DNA of 64,000 nt from Mobula hypostoma (GCF_963921235.1 NC_086097.1:130884001-130948000); one strand, 5' to 3'; positions 41,200-53,250 are shown, counted from the first letter of the stretch. Numbers and translations are program-made. The notes: a model not told the origin generated them from the sequence alone.

Positions 41200-41660
41200 A
41201 CAAGGGTCAGCAACTTTAAATTTCTCGGTGTTATCATTTCAAAGGACCTGTCCTGGCCACAGCATGAAACTGCAATTACAAAGAAAGCACAGAAATGCCT
41301 CTACTTCCTTAGAAGTTTACGAAGATTCGGCATGACATCTAATACTTGACAAACTTCTATAGCCGTGTGGTGTAGAGTATATTGACTGGCTGCATTACAG
41401 TCTTGTATGGAAACATGAATGCCCTTAGATAGAAAAGTAGACGATGCCGCCCAGTCACCACAGGCAAAGCCCTCACCTCCATTGAGCACATCTATAAGGA
41501 GCGTTGTCACAGGAAAGCAGCTTGCTTCCATCATCAGGTATCCCCACCACACAGTTCATGCTCTTCTCACTGCTGCCATCAGGAGGGTGGTACCGGAGCT
41601 GCAGGTCTTACACCACCAGGCTCAGGAACAGTTATTACTTCTCAAACATCAGGCTATTAT
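41200..41660 (+). mobile_element. Rex1/Babar-like LINE ORF C-terminal fragment; its tail continues ~42200-42300
   Basis: FKFLGVII-like, then LYFLRSLRRFG-like and SIIRYPHH..LLPSGGWY motifs. Confidence 0.6.
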
Positions 41661-42195
41661 CAGTCCACGGCCTCCTCTATTGCCGCAATGAGGCCACACT
41701 CAGGCTGGAGGAGCAACACCTTATATTCCATCTGGGTAGCCCCCAACCTGTTGGCATGAACATCGATTTCTCACATTTCTGGTAATGCCCCCCTCCCTCT
41801 CTTTCACCATTCCCATTTCCCTCTCTCACCATATCTCTTTGCCTGCCCATTACCTCCCTCTGGTGCTCCTCCCCCTTCCCTTTCTTCTAGGGCCTTCTGT
41901 CCTCTATCAAATTTCCCCCACCCAACCGTTTAACTCTTTCGGCAATCGACTTCCCAGCTCTATACTTCACCCCTCCCTCCTTTTGGTTTCACCTACCACT
42001 TTCCATTTCTTCCTTCCCTCCACCCAACCTTCTTACTCTGACTTCTCATCTTTTTTCTCCAGTCCTAACAAAGAGTCTTGACCCGAAATGTTGACAGTTT
42101 ACTCTTTTCCACAGATGCTACCTGGCCTGCTGAGTTCTTCCAGCACTTTCTGCTTTGCTTGGATTTCCAGCATCAGCAGATTTTCACTTGTTTCT
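41661..42195 (+). mobile_element. PLE GIY-YIG C-terminus and 3' terminus nested in the Rex1-like fragment
   Basis: SVHGLLYCRNEATLRLEEQHLIFHLGSPQPVGMNIDF, followed by the pyrimidine tract and a degenerate hammerhead-like segment. Confidence 0.75.
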
Positions 42196-42754
42196 TTTAT
42201 GGTTGTTAGATTTATTGACTATGCCCACAAGAAAATGAACCTCAGGGCTGTATATGCTGACATACATGTACTGTACTTTGATAATAAAGTTGAACTTTGA
42301 ATTGTAAAAATATCTCTGGCAGGCAAAAAGCATGCATTGTGTTAATTTTTGTTTTATGTTACTGAAGTTGAAATATTATAACTTAAACATAAAAATATTT
42401 AAACTGTTACTTCAATTTAATGTTTTTTAAAGGATAATTTCTGTTCTCTAGTGATTTCCTCATTCAAGTGAATAGAGTCTCAGAACCCCTCTCTTCATCA
42501 TATGGGTTCGGACAGACAATTTAACGATGTTAATTCATTCTTGAGATCACTTGATTTGAGTAAGACGTTCTCCTAAGGGGTTGTCTATTGGTGGGTCCTC
42601 AGGTGGCCGTAGAGGCCATTCTGGGATCCACATATTCTGCAGCAGTACGGACATGAGTAAATGGTGGTTGTGGCTAGTGATTAGGTCTTTTGGCTACTCA
42701 TGCTCTCCTTTCACAGCTATTGCTCTCATGTACTGCAGCTCCCTCTTGAACAGA

Positions 42755-43519
42755 TTTCTTAAAGGTAACACACATCAAAGTTGCTGGTGAACGCAGCAGG
42801 CCAGGCAACATCTCTAGGAAGAGGTGCAGTCGACATTTCAGGCCGAGACCCTTCGTCAGGACTAACTGAAGGAAGAGCTAGTAACAGATTTGAAAGTGGG
42901 AAGGGGAGGGGGAGATCCAAAATGATAGGAGAAGACAGGAGGGGGAGGGATGGAGCCAAGAGCTGGACAGGTGATAGGCAAAAGGAATACGAGAGGATCA
43001 TGGGACAGGAGGTCCGGGAAGAAAGACAAGGAGTGGTGGGGGGGGACCCAGAGGATGGGCAAGGGGTATATTCAGAGGGACCCCTCGTATCCCATCTGTT
43101 ACTTATTTTTATACACACATTCTTTCTCTCACTCTCCTTTTTCTCCCTCTGTCCCTCTGAATATACCCCTTGCCCATCCTCTGGGTCCCTCCCCCCCAAC
43201 TCCTTGTCTTTCTTCCCGGACCTCCTGTCCCATGATCCTCTCGTATTCCTTTTGCCTATCACCAGTCCAGCTCTTGGCTCCATCCCTCCCCCTCCTGTCT
43301 TCTCCTATCATTTTGGATCTCCCCCTCCCCCTCCCACTTTCAAATCTGTTACTAGCTCTTCCTTCAGTTAGTCCTGACCAAGGGTCTCGGCCTGAAACGT
43401 CGACTGCACCTCTTCCTAGAGATGCTGCCTGGCCTGCTGCGTTCACAAGCAACTTTTATGTGTGTTGCTTGAATTTCCAGCATCTGCAGAATTCCTGTTG
43501 TTTGCGTTTCTTAAAGGTA
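42755..43519 (+). mobile_element. Young PLE-terminal fold-back insertion: ~315-bp inverted arms, 69-nt spacer, 13-bp TSD
   Basis: TSD tttcttaaaggta at 42755-42767 and 43507-43519. Arms 42768-43081 and 43151-43465 are near-perfect reverse complements. Confidence 0.92.
42828..42863 (-). ncRNA. Minimal type I hammerhead-ribozyme-like motif
   Basis: AGUC-CUGACGA-AGGGUCUCGGCCU-GAAA-UGUC-GACU: conserved CUGANGA and GAAA boxes, GUC triplet, helix I AGUC/GACU, and essentially no helix III. Activity not demonstrated. Confidence 0.6.
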
Positions 43520-45505
43520 CATCTGTTGAGTATATTGTCTTCCCAATTTTTAGATGTAATGTTGAATTTCTTCAAGCTGAATTTGATATCATCTTTGAAG
43601 CATTTCCTCTGCTATCCGGGGGCTCACTGACCTTCCTCCAGCTTGAAAGTAAAGGATCCGTTTAGGCATTCGGCATCCGAATAACATGACCTAACCATCA
43701 GAGTTAGTGTTGCTTTATTGTGGTGGAAATGCTGTTCATGTTGGCCTCCTCCAGTACGCTGGTGTTAGTGCCTCTGTCCTTCTATACGATCTTCAAAATC
43801 TTTCATTAGGATCTTTGGTGGTATTGTTCCAGGGCTTGTATGTCTATTTTAGGTGGCCCATGATTCAACACCATACAGTAATGGTTCCTTACAGTAATGG
43901 ACTGCTTTATAGAGTATGTTTTGTTTGGATCTGTAGGTCATGATCTTCAAATACTTTTTTCCTTACTCTTGCAGAGACTCCACTAGCACTACTCAAGTGG
44001 TGGTTGATCTCCAAGTCAATGTCGGCTTTTGATCTCTGAGTCAACCTCTGCTTTTGAAGAGGGAATGCTGGTAAGATAGAGAAAAGTACCTATATTTTTA
44101 AGGGCAATATTTTCAACTTTTATTTTCTGATGGGCTGCATAAATGGCTGGTTGGGAAGTTGGTGATATAGGATCTGTGACTTTTGTTTTACTCAAAACAA
44201 GACCCAGGGCTCTATATGCCTTGGTAAGAGTGTTCAGAATACATTGGATGTCTTTTGTCAGAGTGTACTCTGACGGCGTTGTCATCCGCATACTGACACT
44301 TCAAGATAGAGGTGGTGCTGCCCTTGTTCTTGGTCCTGAACCAGTTGAGGGCTGAAAAGCCTGTTGTCCATTCTATACACAATTCGGATTCCCTGTAGCA
44401 GGTCTTGTCTAATGAGGTGCAGGATGGCAGCTACCCAAAGATAACAAATAGTAAGGGCACAATGATATAGCCCTTCTGACTCCTGTCTTAACAGTGAAGA
44501 GTTCTGATTCAGCACCACTATTGTTGAGCACTGTGGTTGACATGGCATCATGCAGTAACCTCAGTTTTCATGAGTACTTATCAGACAACCATGTCTTGAT
44601 AGTATATGCCAGAGAGCTTGGCAGCTATTGTATTAAATGCCTTTGTCAAATCTATGAAGGCCAAGAGCAAGGGTTGTCTTTGTTTACAGCACTTTTCCTG
44701 TAACTGGCATGCTGTGAAGATCACGTCTGATATCTCTAGATGGGACAGAAACCACACTGTAATTCAGGGGGTACTTCTGCAGATAATAGAAGTCGGTGTC
44801 AAGGATTCAGTAAGTGCAAGCACTTTATTGTTGATGGGGGGAGATGCCCCTGTAATTGCCACAATCTGCCTTGTCTCCCTTCTTGAATGTCATTATCAGA
44901 ACCTGAGTTCTGAGGGTAGTTGTTCCTTTTCCCAGACTTTCAGGAGGAAGGCATGTATGTGGTGTAGAAGGGTTGGTCCACCTTCCTTGACAATCTCTGC
45001 TGGGATCTTGACAGAACCAGTGGCTTTGATGCATTTCAGACTCTTGATGGCATCAGACTATGAAGTTCCCCAATGCCTTCCTTCACAGATCTCTACAGGA
45101 TTTGGTTAGTAGCCTTTGGTTCAGCATTGCTGTCGTGGTAAAGAAAACCTTGGAAGTGCTCTCTCCATTGATTGTTACTATTCCTCCAATCCTTTAGCAA
45201 GTCCTTCCTATCCTTTGAACATGGGGTTTAATCTGAACTAATTTGGAGGTTACAACTGCTTTGGAGGCACTGAAGAACCCTTTTGTCTCACAAAAGTCTG
45301 CCAGTACCTGGATTTCTAGGGCTTTCTCAGTACATCAATAATTGTTTAGCTCCCTCACCTTGTGCTGAGCATTTGCCTTGGCTCTGGACTAAGCTTCTCT
45401 TTCGGTCTTGCCGCCAATGTCATTCTGTCGGGTACAAAGAGCTTTCCTTTTCTTGGAGATAAGTTATTCCATCACATGTCATTATCATCAAACCAATCCT
45501 GACTG

Positions 45506-45905
45506 ATTCAGTCTCTGGGCTCTTAGATTAAGGCAGAATCGGCATTTCAGCAGCTGCACCCATGACTGAGCAGCCCTATTTAGAACCCACTCTACATTAC
45601 GAAAGCGGCTGGAAAAGGTGCCCTAAAAATAGCCTGCCTTAACCTTCTGACTGGTTTACCGCATCAAGAGGGATCATCATATGCCGTTAGAAACAAAGAA
45701 ATATGACATTTGGGGCCTAGACTGTGCACACTGATAGCGCAATCAGTGATTGACTAGAGAGGAAAACTGTGATCATAGTCAGAGAACTGAGGAGATGCCA
45801 GATTGATATAGCTCTTCTTTCTGAAACCCATCTGGCAGACGAACTGCAATTGAGGGAGGAGAAAGGTGGTTACCACCTTCTTCTGGAAAGGGAAGGCAGC
45901 TGACA
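45506..45905 (+). mobile_element. RTE 5' end/APE N-terminus, inverted relative to the adjacent RTE body
   Basis: RELRRCQIDIALLSETHLADELQLREEKGGY..FFWKG (RTE endonuclease N-terminal motifs) on the plus strand. Confidence 0.7.
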
Positions 45906-46828
45906 TTATAGTGGTATAGATTATTATTCAAAATTCTGTCCAATTTATCAAACAAATTTGATTTTAGAAAAAAAGTAGATTAAACTCTCATAATTCTCAG
46001 ACTTGTATAGCTAGAAAGTCTATGGATTGAGAGAGATGACATGTAAAAGTTTGTTTGGGAAGGAGTGATCTTTGTTTATGTATAAGCAATTGAAGGCTGG
46101 CTTTCCTGCCTCTCCTCACTTTACAACCCACCTCTGTAAGGAGTTGGCCAATGCTCTCATTGTACATTATGTCCAACAGCACTCTGCCTTTTCTGTTCTT
46201 TCTGTTCTTTCAGAAAGAACCGACAAGACAGAGCTGGATTTCGATACTTAAAGAGTAATAATATTCCATTTAGTGTTTCTGGCAGCAACTGATTTCTCCA
46301 AATTACACATCACTATTTGGAGAACTGATATCAGACTGCCAGAAGCAATCCATCTTACTTTTGGCTGAAGTGGCTTGGAATTTTTCCTGGTCCAAAGGAC
46401 TATATAAAAGCAGTGTCATTTTTAGTCAACATAAATTTTTATTTGATATTTTTAATTTTTCATATAGCACAAATGACAGCGATTTTAACAGCACAAAGTT
46501 AGCATTAAAATATTCAGATATTTTAAAGAAATAGATGTGTGTACTTTAAGGCATGGTGACATGGAAATAAAAAGTGATTAATTGAAAGCAATAACATGTG
46601 GAATAATATTGCGTGTGTTACCAGCAAATGACTTAAAGAAGGTTAGAAAACACAGCTCAGCTTTCCTGGTTACAGGGGTTTTCAGGTGATTTAGGGTGGT
46701 GTAACATTACTGGTTAAGGAAACTACTGCAGCTTAGTAGACTGAAATATAAGAAACGTCAAATGAGGTGCTTTAGGTTGAACTAGAAAACAGAACTAGGG
46801 AATCTCATTGCTAGGCCTGCATTATATA

Positions 46829-47552
46829 TACTCTAGACAATTTACTAGGTACACTGGTACACCTGTTATTAATGCAAATATCTAATGAACCAATCATGCG
46901 GCAGCAACTCAATGCATAAAAACATGCAGACACGGTCAAGAGGATCTACTTTTCCCAAAGAGTGGTGAACCTGTGGAATTTTCTGCCCAATGAAGCAGTG
47001 GAGGCTACATCAGTAAATATATTCAAGACAAGGACTTTTGCATAGTAGGGGAATTAAGGGTTATGGGGAAAAGGCAGGTAGGTGGAGATAAGTCCATGGT
47101 TAGATCAGCGATGATCTTACTGAATGCCGAAGTAGGCTTGATGGACCAGATGGCCTACTCCTACTTCTTATGTTCTTGTGTTTCAAAAGATTTAGTTGTT
47201 GTTCGGACTAAACATCAGAAAGGGATAGAAATGTGATCCACGTGACTTTGACCACGGAATTATTCTGGGGCAGGAAGGGGGCAGTTTGAGTATCTCAGAA
47301 ACTGTTGATCTCCTGGGATCTGGTATCTAGAATTTACAGAGAATGATGCAATAAACAAAAACATCCAGTGTGTGGCAGTTCTGTGAGCAAGATCACCTTG
47401 TTAATGAGAGAGATCAGAGGAAAATAGCCAGACTAGTTCAAGCTGACACGAAGGTGACAGTAACTCAAATAATCACACGTTCCAACAGTGGTATGCAGAA
47501 GAGCATCTTTATTAGGTACCTACTGTACCTAATAAACTGGACATAGAGTGTA
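46829..47552 (+). mobile_element. Old non-autonomous Tc1/mariner-derived element containing a CR1 3' fragment (~46944-47190)
   Basis: Imperfect TIRs tactctagacaatttactaggtaca ... tgtacctaataaactggacatagagtgta with TA ends. Confidence 0.6.
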
Positions 47553-48189
47553 GCTCCCCAGTCAGAAAATATGCAGGCTCAGTATTACATAGCTTGCTTC
47601 ACGGTGATGTAAATTTATGATAAAGTTAAATGCAGTGGCCACAACAGCAAATGACATCACAACTGGCAGTGTGATTAATATTGAGGAAGAAAATTCTAGG
47701 CTGCTGGAGGTTATCAAAGAACACACAGATCCTGCTGGAGCTCAAATCCTGCATACATTTTTGTCTACCACAATACAGGAAGCATATGCTGACAATGAAA
47801 GGGTACTGAGGAGATTTACAAGGATGCTGCCATGATTGTATAATAATAATAAGCAGAGACCAACAAAATAGGAGTCTTTAGAAACAAGGGGACCTGGAAA
47901 GACTTAGAGAGTTATGCAAAATTAATTAAGGTCAAGACAGGTGAAAACCCAATTCTCTTAACAATTAGGGTACAAAGATCTGAGCTAATTTGTAGGATGT
48001 GGAAAGAGGCAAGAAAAACAATCTGCCTCAAAGAAAGATGGCTAATTTTAACATCTGTAATCTACCTACGTGAGCACTTAAATAGCCCAAATCTGCACAG
48101 CTACAGCAAAGGTTCAGAATGTAAGAATAATCTAAATAGCACCCTGGAGTGTCAAGGGCTACTCTTGCGCTGCCATCAAACACATTTAC

Positions 48190-48620
48190 ATGGAGCACTG
48201 GCATAAGAAAGCAGCATTCATCGTCAGAGACCCCACTACCCAGGCCATGCTCTCATCTCATTGCTTCCATCCGACAGGAGGTACATAAGCTTTGGGTCCC
48301 AAATCGACAGGTTCAGGAACAGTTATTACCCTGCAACCACCAGGTTCTGAACCAGTGTGGATAACTTCACTCACCATTACTCTAAACTGATTCAGTAACC
48401 TACAGATTTACTTTCAAAAACTCTTCAGAACTCAGTACTATTTTTTTTACTTCCACAATTAATCATCTTCTGCACACTAGCTGCTTGTCAGTCTTCATGT
48501 ATAATTTTTTTTATATAAATTACATTGTACTTATTTTCCTACAAGTGCCTGCAGGAAAATGAGTATTAAGGTATATATGGTACTGTATGTGTACTTGGAT
48601 AATAAATTTTACTTTGAACT
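48190..48620 (+). mobile_element. Rex1/Babar-like 3' end
   Basis: agaaagcagcattcatc..ccccactacccaggccatgctc..ttgcttccatccgacagg..aggttcaggaacagttattaccc, with tail aataaattttactttgaacttt. Confidence 0.55.
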
Positions 48621-51600
48621 TTAAACTCAGTATCATTCTATTAAAAAGTTTTTATGACTTGGTTCTATTTTATAACAAAGTAAATGTTTCAAGAGCAAGT
48701 GCTTGATTGTAAAACACCTTCAAGTCTTCATTATTCCACAAAGCTTACATAATTAATAAGATTACCAATGAGTAATTGGCTCAAGCACACAGAATACTTC
48801 TCATGCTTTGAATGTACTTTGAACCCTCATCTCCCTATCTTAAAGCATCTAGTTAAACAGCATTAACTACTAAGAATGCTTAAATCTATCAGTTGTGCCG
48901 ACACATTAAATGTCTCTCAAATCACAGGTAGGGTTGGCGACTGTATAGTTAACAATGAATACTTTACTGTAAGTTATGAATAAGTAGCTATAAGAGTAGT
49001 TCCAACTTTTCTAGTCTGTAAATGACTTTCTGAATAAAACCATCACCACTTCACAGCACAATTCAGTTTTTTTAATGCAAAGTCCCATTCAGACTTCAAA
49101 CAATCTGTATGAGGAACTCAGCAGGTGGAGTAGCATCTACAGCAGGAAAGATATTGTCAATATTTTGGGTTAAAACACTGTCTGTATCCCCATTCAAGCC
49201 TCACATGCAAAAAAAGGAGGAACAGGCCAGGTAGTATCTATGGGAGATTCATTTCCAGCATTTTGTGTCTTCCTCAAGATCTCCAGCATCTGCAAAATCT
49301 GTGTCCCCAGCATTCAAGCTTCACCTGCCTTTGAGAAATAGCATAAGCAAACCCATGCTTTCTTGAGGAGGACAGAGTTCTTAACAGTTCACTAGAATTC
49401 TGAAAATAAAGCCACCCTACAGATAGGAAGCTGTTTTTATTTTAGAAAATGCAATTTTAGAAAAATTGCTATTTATGTAATGGCAAAATGACAAATTCTT
49501 AAAAGAGTGAGTTCAGACAGCTTCACATAGAACTACAAGTAGATTCAATTAATTATCTGATTGAACACTGCAGTAATGATTTTTTTTTATTTCCCAGCTC
49601 AATCTTCATGGGTAATGTATGTTACAGTTTTGCATTGCCAAAAATTTCAAAATGTGGGAAACAATTTCTAAGTAAGTAGGTGGGCACATTGGAGCTACAA
49701 TGGCTTGCATAACTTAAAAGCCGTTTATAAGCAGCAACGCAGCATCACATAATTCAGATGCCTCAAGCATGGAATAAATTATGTATCCTGCTGGTTATTT
49801 ATGATATTAATTTCTATTTTAACAACACAAATAATCAAGAAGTTAATGGAAGCAAGTATTTGCACATATATACACATTTGTTTGCATGGTAGAAATGCAA
49901 TTACATTCTTAAAATATAAGCAATTACTTGACTTCTTGGTTCGCAAGTACAGCAGGAATTTACCCTTTCAGATTTGTTTGCACCATTATACAGCTTTGGA
50001 TAACATAATGAAGGATAAATTGCTCCTTATCAGTACAGATTGTCAAGCACATATTAACTGGAATTTCAAACAGCTGGACTATAAAATACTTCTAATGCAT
50101 GATTTTAATCAGTTAGCCATATGTGTTTTGCAAGAAAGCTCTACATTGTGAATACCATTTTCATTTTTGTATTTCAGCTAAAGATCGAGAATACTAATGA
50201 CACATTAACTGGTCTGGTTACTTCAAGTTAGTTATCTTTTGATCACCAACTGCCTCCTGGTCCTTGAATTGATCACTCCGAATTTAATTGTTCTTCCAAT
50301 GGCAGATTAGCCTTCAGCTGCCAAGGTCCCAAGCTGTAGTATTCTCCCTCTACACTTCACCATAACACTTTCTTTGAAAGCTTTTTTTTAAAAGCTTCCT
50401 TCTTCAACCTTTCCTCATGCCCACAGTGACCCTGTACAAGTTTAGAATGATAACTGCTTCGATAAACTGCCCTGGATTTGAGGTGGTTTAGAAGATTTGT
50501 CACACCCTCTTAGATTATACTGATTAATTTCCTTTATCTCCAAGTATTAGTCCCCCTTTCCTTCATATGGTAATCTTTCATTAACAATACAGGCAAGGAA
50601 CATGCTTCTTCTACCTGTCCATACATTAGTTCTGAATTTTAAAAGGCCCATTCTTTTATATTTACTATCTTGGCAGTCAACAAATTTAAAACAATGTATT
50701 TTATTATTTCGTAACATTGTTGATGCCCACATACAAACTAATGGCTGCTTAGTGAACCACTGATGCTCAAGTGTGCAGATACTTCAGGGTGGAGTTTTTT
50801 TTAAATCAGTGCTAAACATGGTTAGCTGGCTGCTGATCTTGAAAAGAAAGTAAAATATGAATTTTCCCAGGCAACTATGCCTATACAACATTGCAAGATT
50901 GTCTCTGTGAAGGCCTTATGCGTTCAAAGGTACATGATTTGTGGTAACTCAAGGATATCTAGCACAAATTAAGGAAAACTTCAAAGACTTAACTCTTAGA
51001 AAATAAAAATAAAATGATATTTGCAAGGATCAAGAACAAAAGGCACGCAGGATAAATGTTACCATCATTCAAATCTAAAGAAAGTTGGAAAAATCCAAAA
51101 CTCTTGAAAGCCAAAGTCAAAAATCTTGCCAAAGTATAAAAATGTGTTTTTAAACTATCTAGGTATTCCATTAAATTCTTACCAGTTGCTCTCAACCAGT
51201 TCACTCCATTCTAGGGGAACATACTCTATGCATTGCTTCAGAGCAGACACAGAAATCTGTGATACAATTCTTCTCCCAAAATAGTCTCTGTGAGGAACAT
51301 ATCCCACTGGCTATTAACAAATAACTCAAAGCAACTTCCAAGATTTCCAGATTCAAACATGGAACTTTCATGGGGTAATCACAGTGAATGCTAATTGTTC
51401 CACTGTCACAACTCCTCAATATTTGGGCTAACATTTTTCCCTAAAATCACAGCAGCAATATCTGCAAAACACTAGCTCTGCTCAGCTGACATGCGCCTGA
51501 CTCAGTCTGAATACTTCGAATCTGCAATACTCTTTGGACACAACAAAATTAAACAACATGTATTCAATAGCCATGCTCGAAACCTTACCAGTTTAAGAAA

Positions 51601-51777
51601 ATCCAATATATAGTTGCACAATACTGTTAACATCTTAAGAAAATCAATTGTCAATCTATAATTTGGCATATAGGAAGAAAACTGAAGCTAACTATTTTAT
51701 AAAACTATTTATAAAACTGGTGTCATTGTGTCACAAAGCATTTTAACAGCTGGAAATAAAATTAGTATTATACTTAC

Positions 51778-51872
51778 ACCCAATGCTGGCAATCTTTGTG
51801 TACAACAAACAGCTATCCTAAGCTTCCAGTCCGTTTCACCATCCAGTTGATCAGTACGAATGAAACACGAGC
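51778..51872 (-). CDS. ATP9B: Coding exon of ATP9B (95 nt, phase 1/0): (G)[31 protein letters not shown], containing the P4-ATPase DGET motif
   Basis: Minus strand reads ttatttttcaag|GCTCGTGTTTC...TTGGGT|gtaagt. LDGETDWKL is the ATP9-type actuator signature. Confidence 0.96.
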
Positions 51873-52719
51873 CTTGAAAAATAAACATTTAATTCTGATT
51901 ATCCTCAACAGTGTAAGCATTTCTTTGGTTGCAATCTCTCAAACTATATTGAAAATAATAAAACACAATTCCATCCCGTACTAATTGAACGGTTGTGGAA
52001 GATCCACGGGTCTTTCTGCTTTTCTAGTTCATCAATTTTAATGATATTTTGCATAATAATCATGGAATGCTAGTATTGCAATTAAGTACTTACTGTACCT
52101 GGTTTGTATCAGAACAATTTGATGAATATCAAAGAACACTAACTTGTAGAAAGTATCCAAACTGATTACATCCTGGTTCGGTATGGTAAGTCGAATGCAA
52201 AGTAATCTGAGAAGCTGCAGAAACCAGTGGACTCAAGGGCACATCCCTCCCTAACATCAATATTATCTTTAGGAGGCACTGCCTTAAGGCAGCAATATCC
52301 AAAGATCTGCACCATGCCATGCCACTTTCTTGCAGCAACCATAATGTCAGATCAGAGGCATTCAAGCCTGGTGACCAAGAAAGTTACAAGAGGTCCAGGT
52401 CCTATTTCTGGATGCTATCTCACAGACAAAATGTCAATTCCAGACTAAACTTGGATCAATGAAGGATGCTCAACAGTTGTGGCAGGGCTTGAATGCTATC
52501 ACTTCTTATAACGTAAAATTAAGCAACGCAAGTGACAACTGGGCTTTGCTTCCATGGGCCCAATGGCTTCTATGTTTGCTTTGACCATCAAAACATGGAG
52601 AAACCAACATGAAGTTCCAAAGGCCCTGCTGATCCAGTCTCTGAGGCCGACATGCGAGCATCCTTCCAAAGGGTGAACCCACAGAAAGCCATCCGGTCCA
52701 GACAGGGTACCTGACCATG

Positions 52720-53250
52720 TACAAAATTCCTGTACTGATCAACTGGCTAGAGTGTTCACTGAGATATGGAACCTCTCACTTTGGCAGTCTGAGGTATATT
52801 CTCAATGCCAAAGAAGATACTGTAACCTCTCTCAATGGCTATCATGCAACTACACTTATATCCACAGTGAAGTGTTTTGAGAGGCTGGTGATGAAATACA
52901 TCAACTCCTGCCTGAGAAGCAACTTGGATCTGCTTCAAATTGCTTACTGGCACAACAGGTCCACAACAGTGCCATTTCATTAGCTCTTCACTCAACTGTG
53001 GAACATCTGGACAGCAAAGATGCACATCTGGATGCTATTACTCGACTGTAGCTCCGCATTCAATACTATCATCCCCTCAAAACTAATCAATACACTTCAA
53101 GACCTTGGCCTCAAATACTTCCTTGTGCAATTGAATCCTCGATTACTTCATTTATAGCCTCCAGTCGGTTCAGATTGGCAACATCTCATAACCTCCATCA
53201 GCACAGGCACACAAGGCTATGTGCTTGGCCCCTAGCTCGATTTGGTTTAC
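52720..53250 (+). mobile_element. Rex1/Babar-like RT fragment
   Basis: VTSLNGYH...KCFERLVMKYINSCLRSNLDLLQIAY..NRST and ML.LDCSSAFNTIIP motifs. Confidence 0.65.

Larger units (their letters stand above)
42530..45505 (-). mobile_element. RTE-clade LINE (RT + C-terminal C2H2 finger), degenerate, interrupted by the PLE fold-back
   Basis: QDWFDDN (~45500), KKGDKADCGNYRGIS (44825-45034), and C-terminal YSCPYCCRICGSQNGLYGHLRTHQ* (~42585-42660). Confidence 0.8.
581..51777 (-). other. ATP9B: ~51.2 kb GT-AG intron of ATP9B between the two exons
   Basis: Donor GTAAGT at 51777-51772 and acceptor CAG at 583-581. Joining the exons gives the in-frame ...[16 protein letters not shown]..., which is contiguous in ATP9B. 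Confidence 0.88.

Noticed and set aside
42759..43630. Overlapping 100-226 aa ORFs on both strands
   Set aside because: By-products of the low-complexity purine/pyrimidine palindrome. No recognisable domain; they mirror each other because of the inverted repeat.
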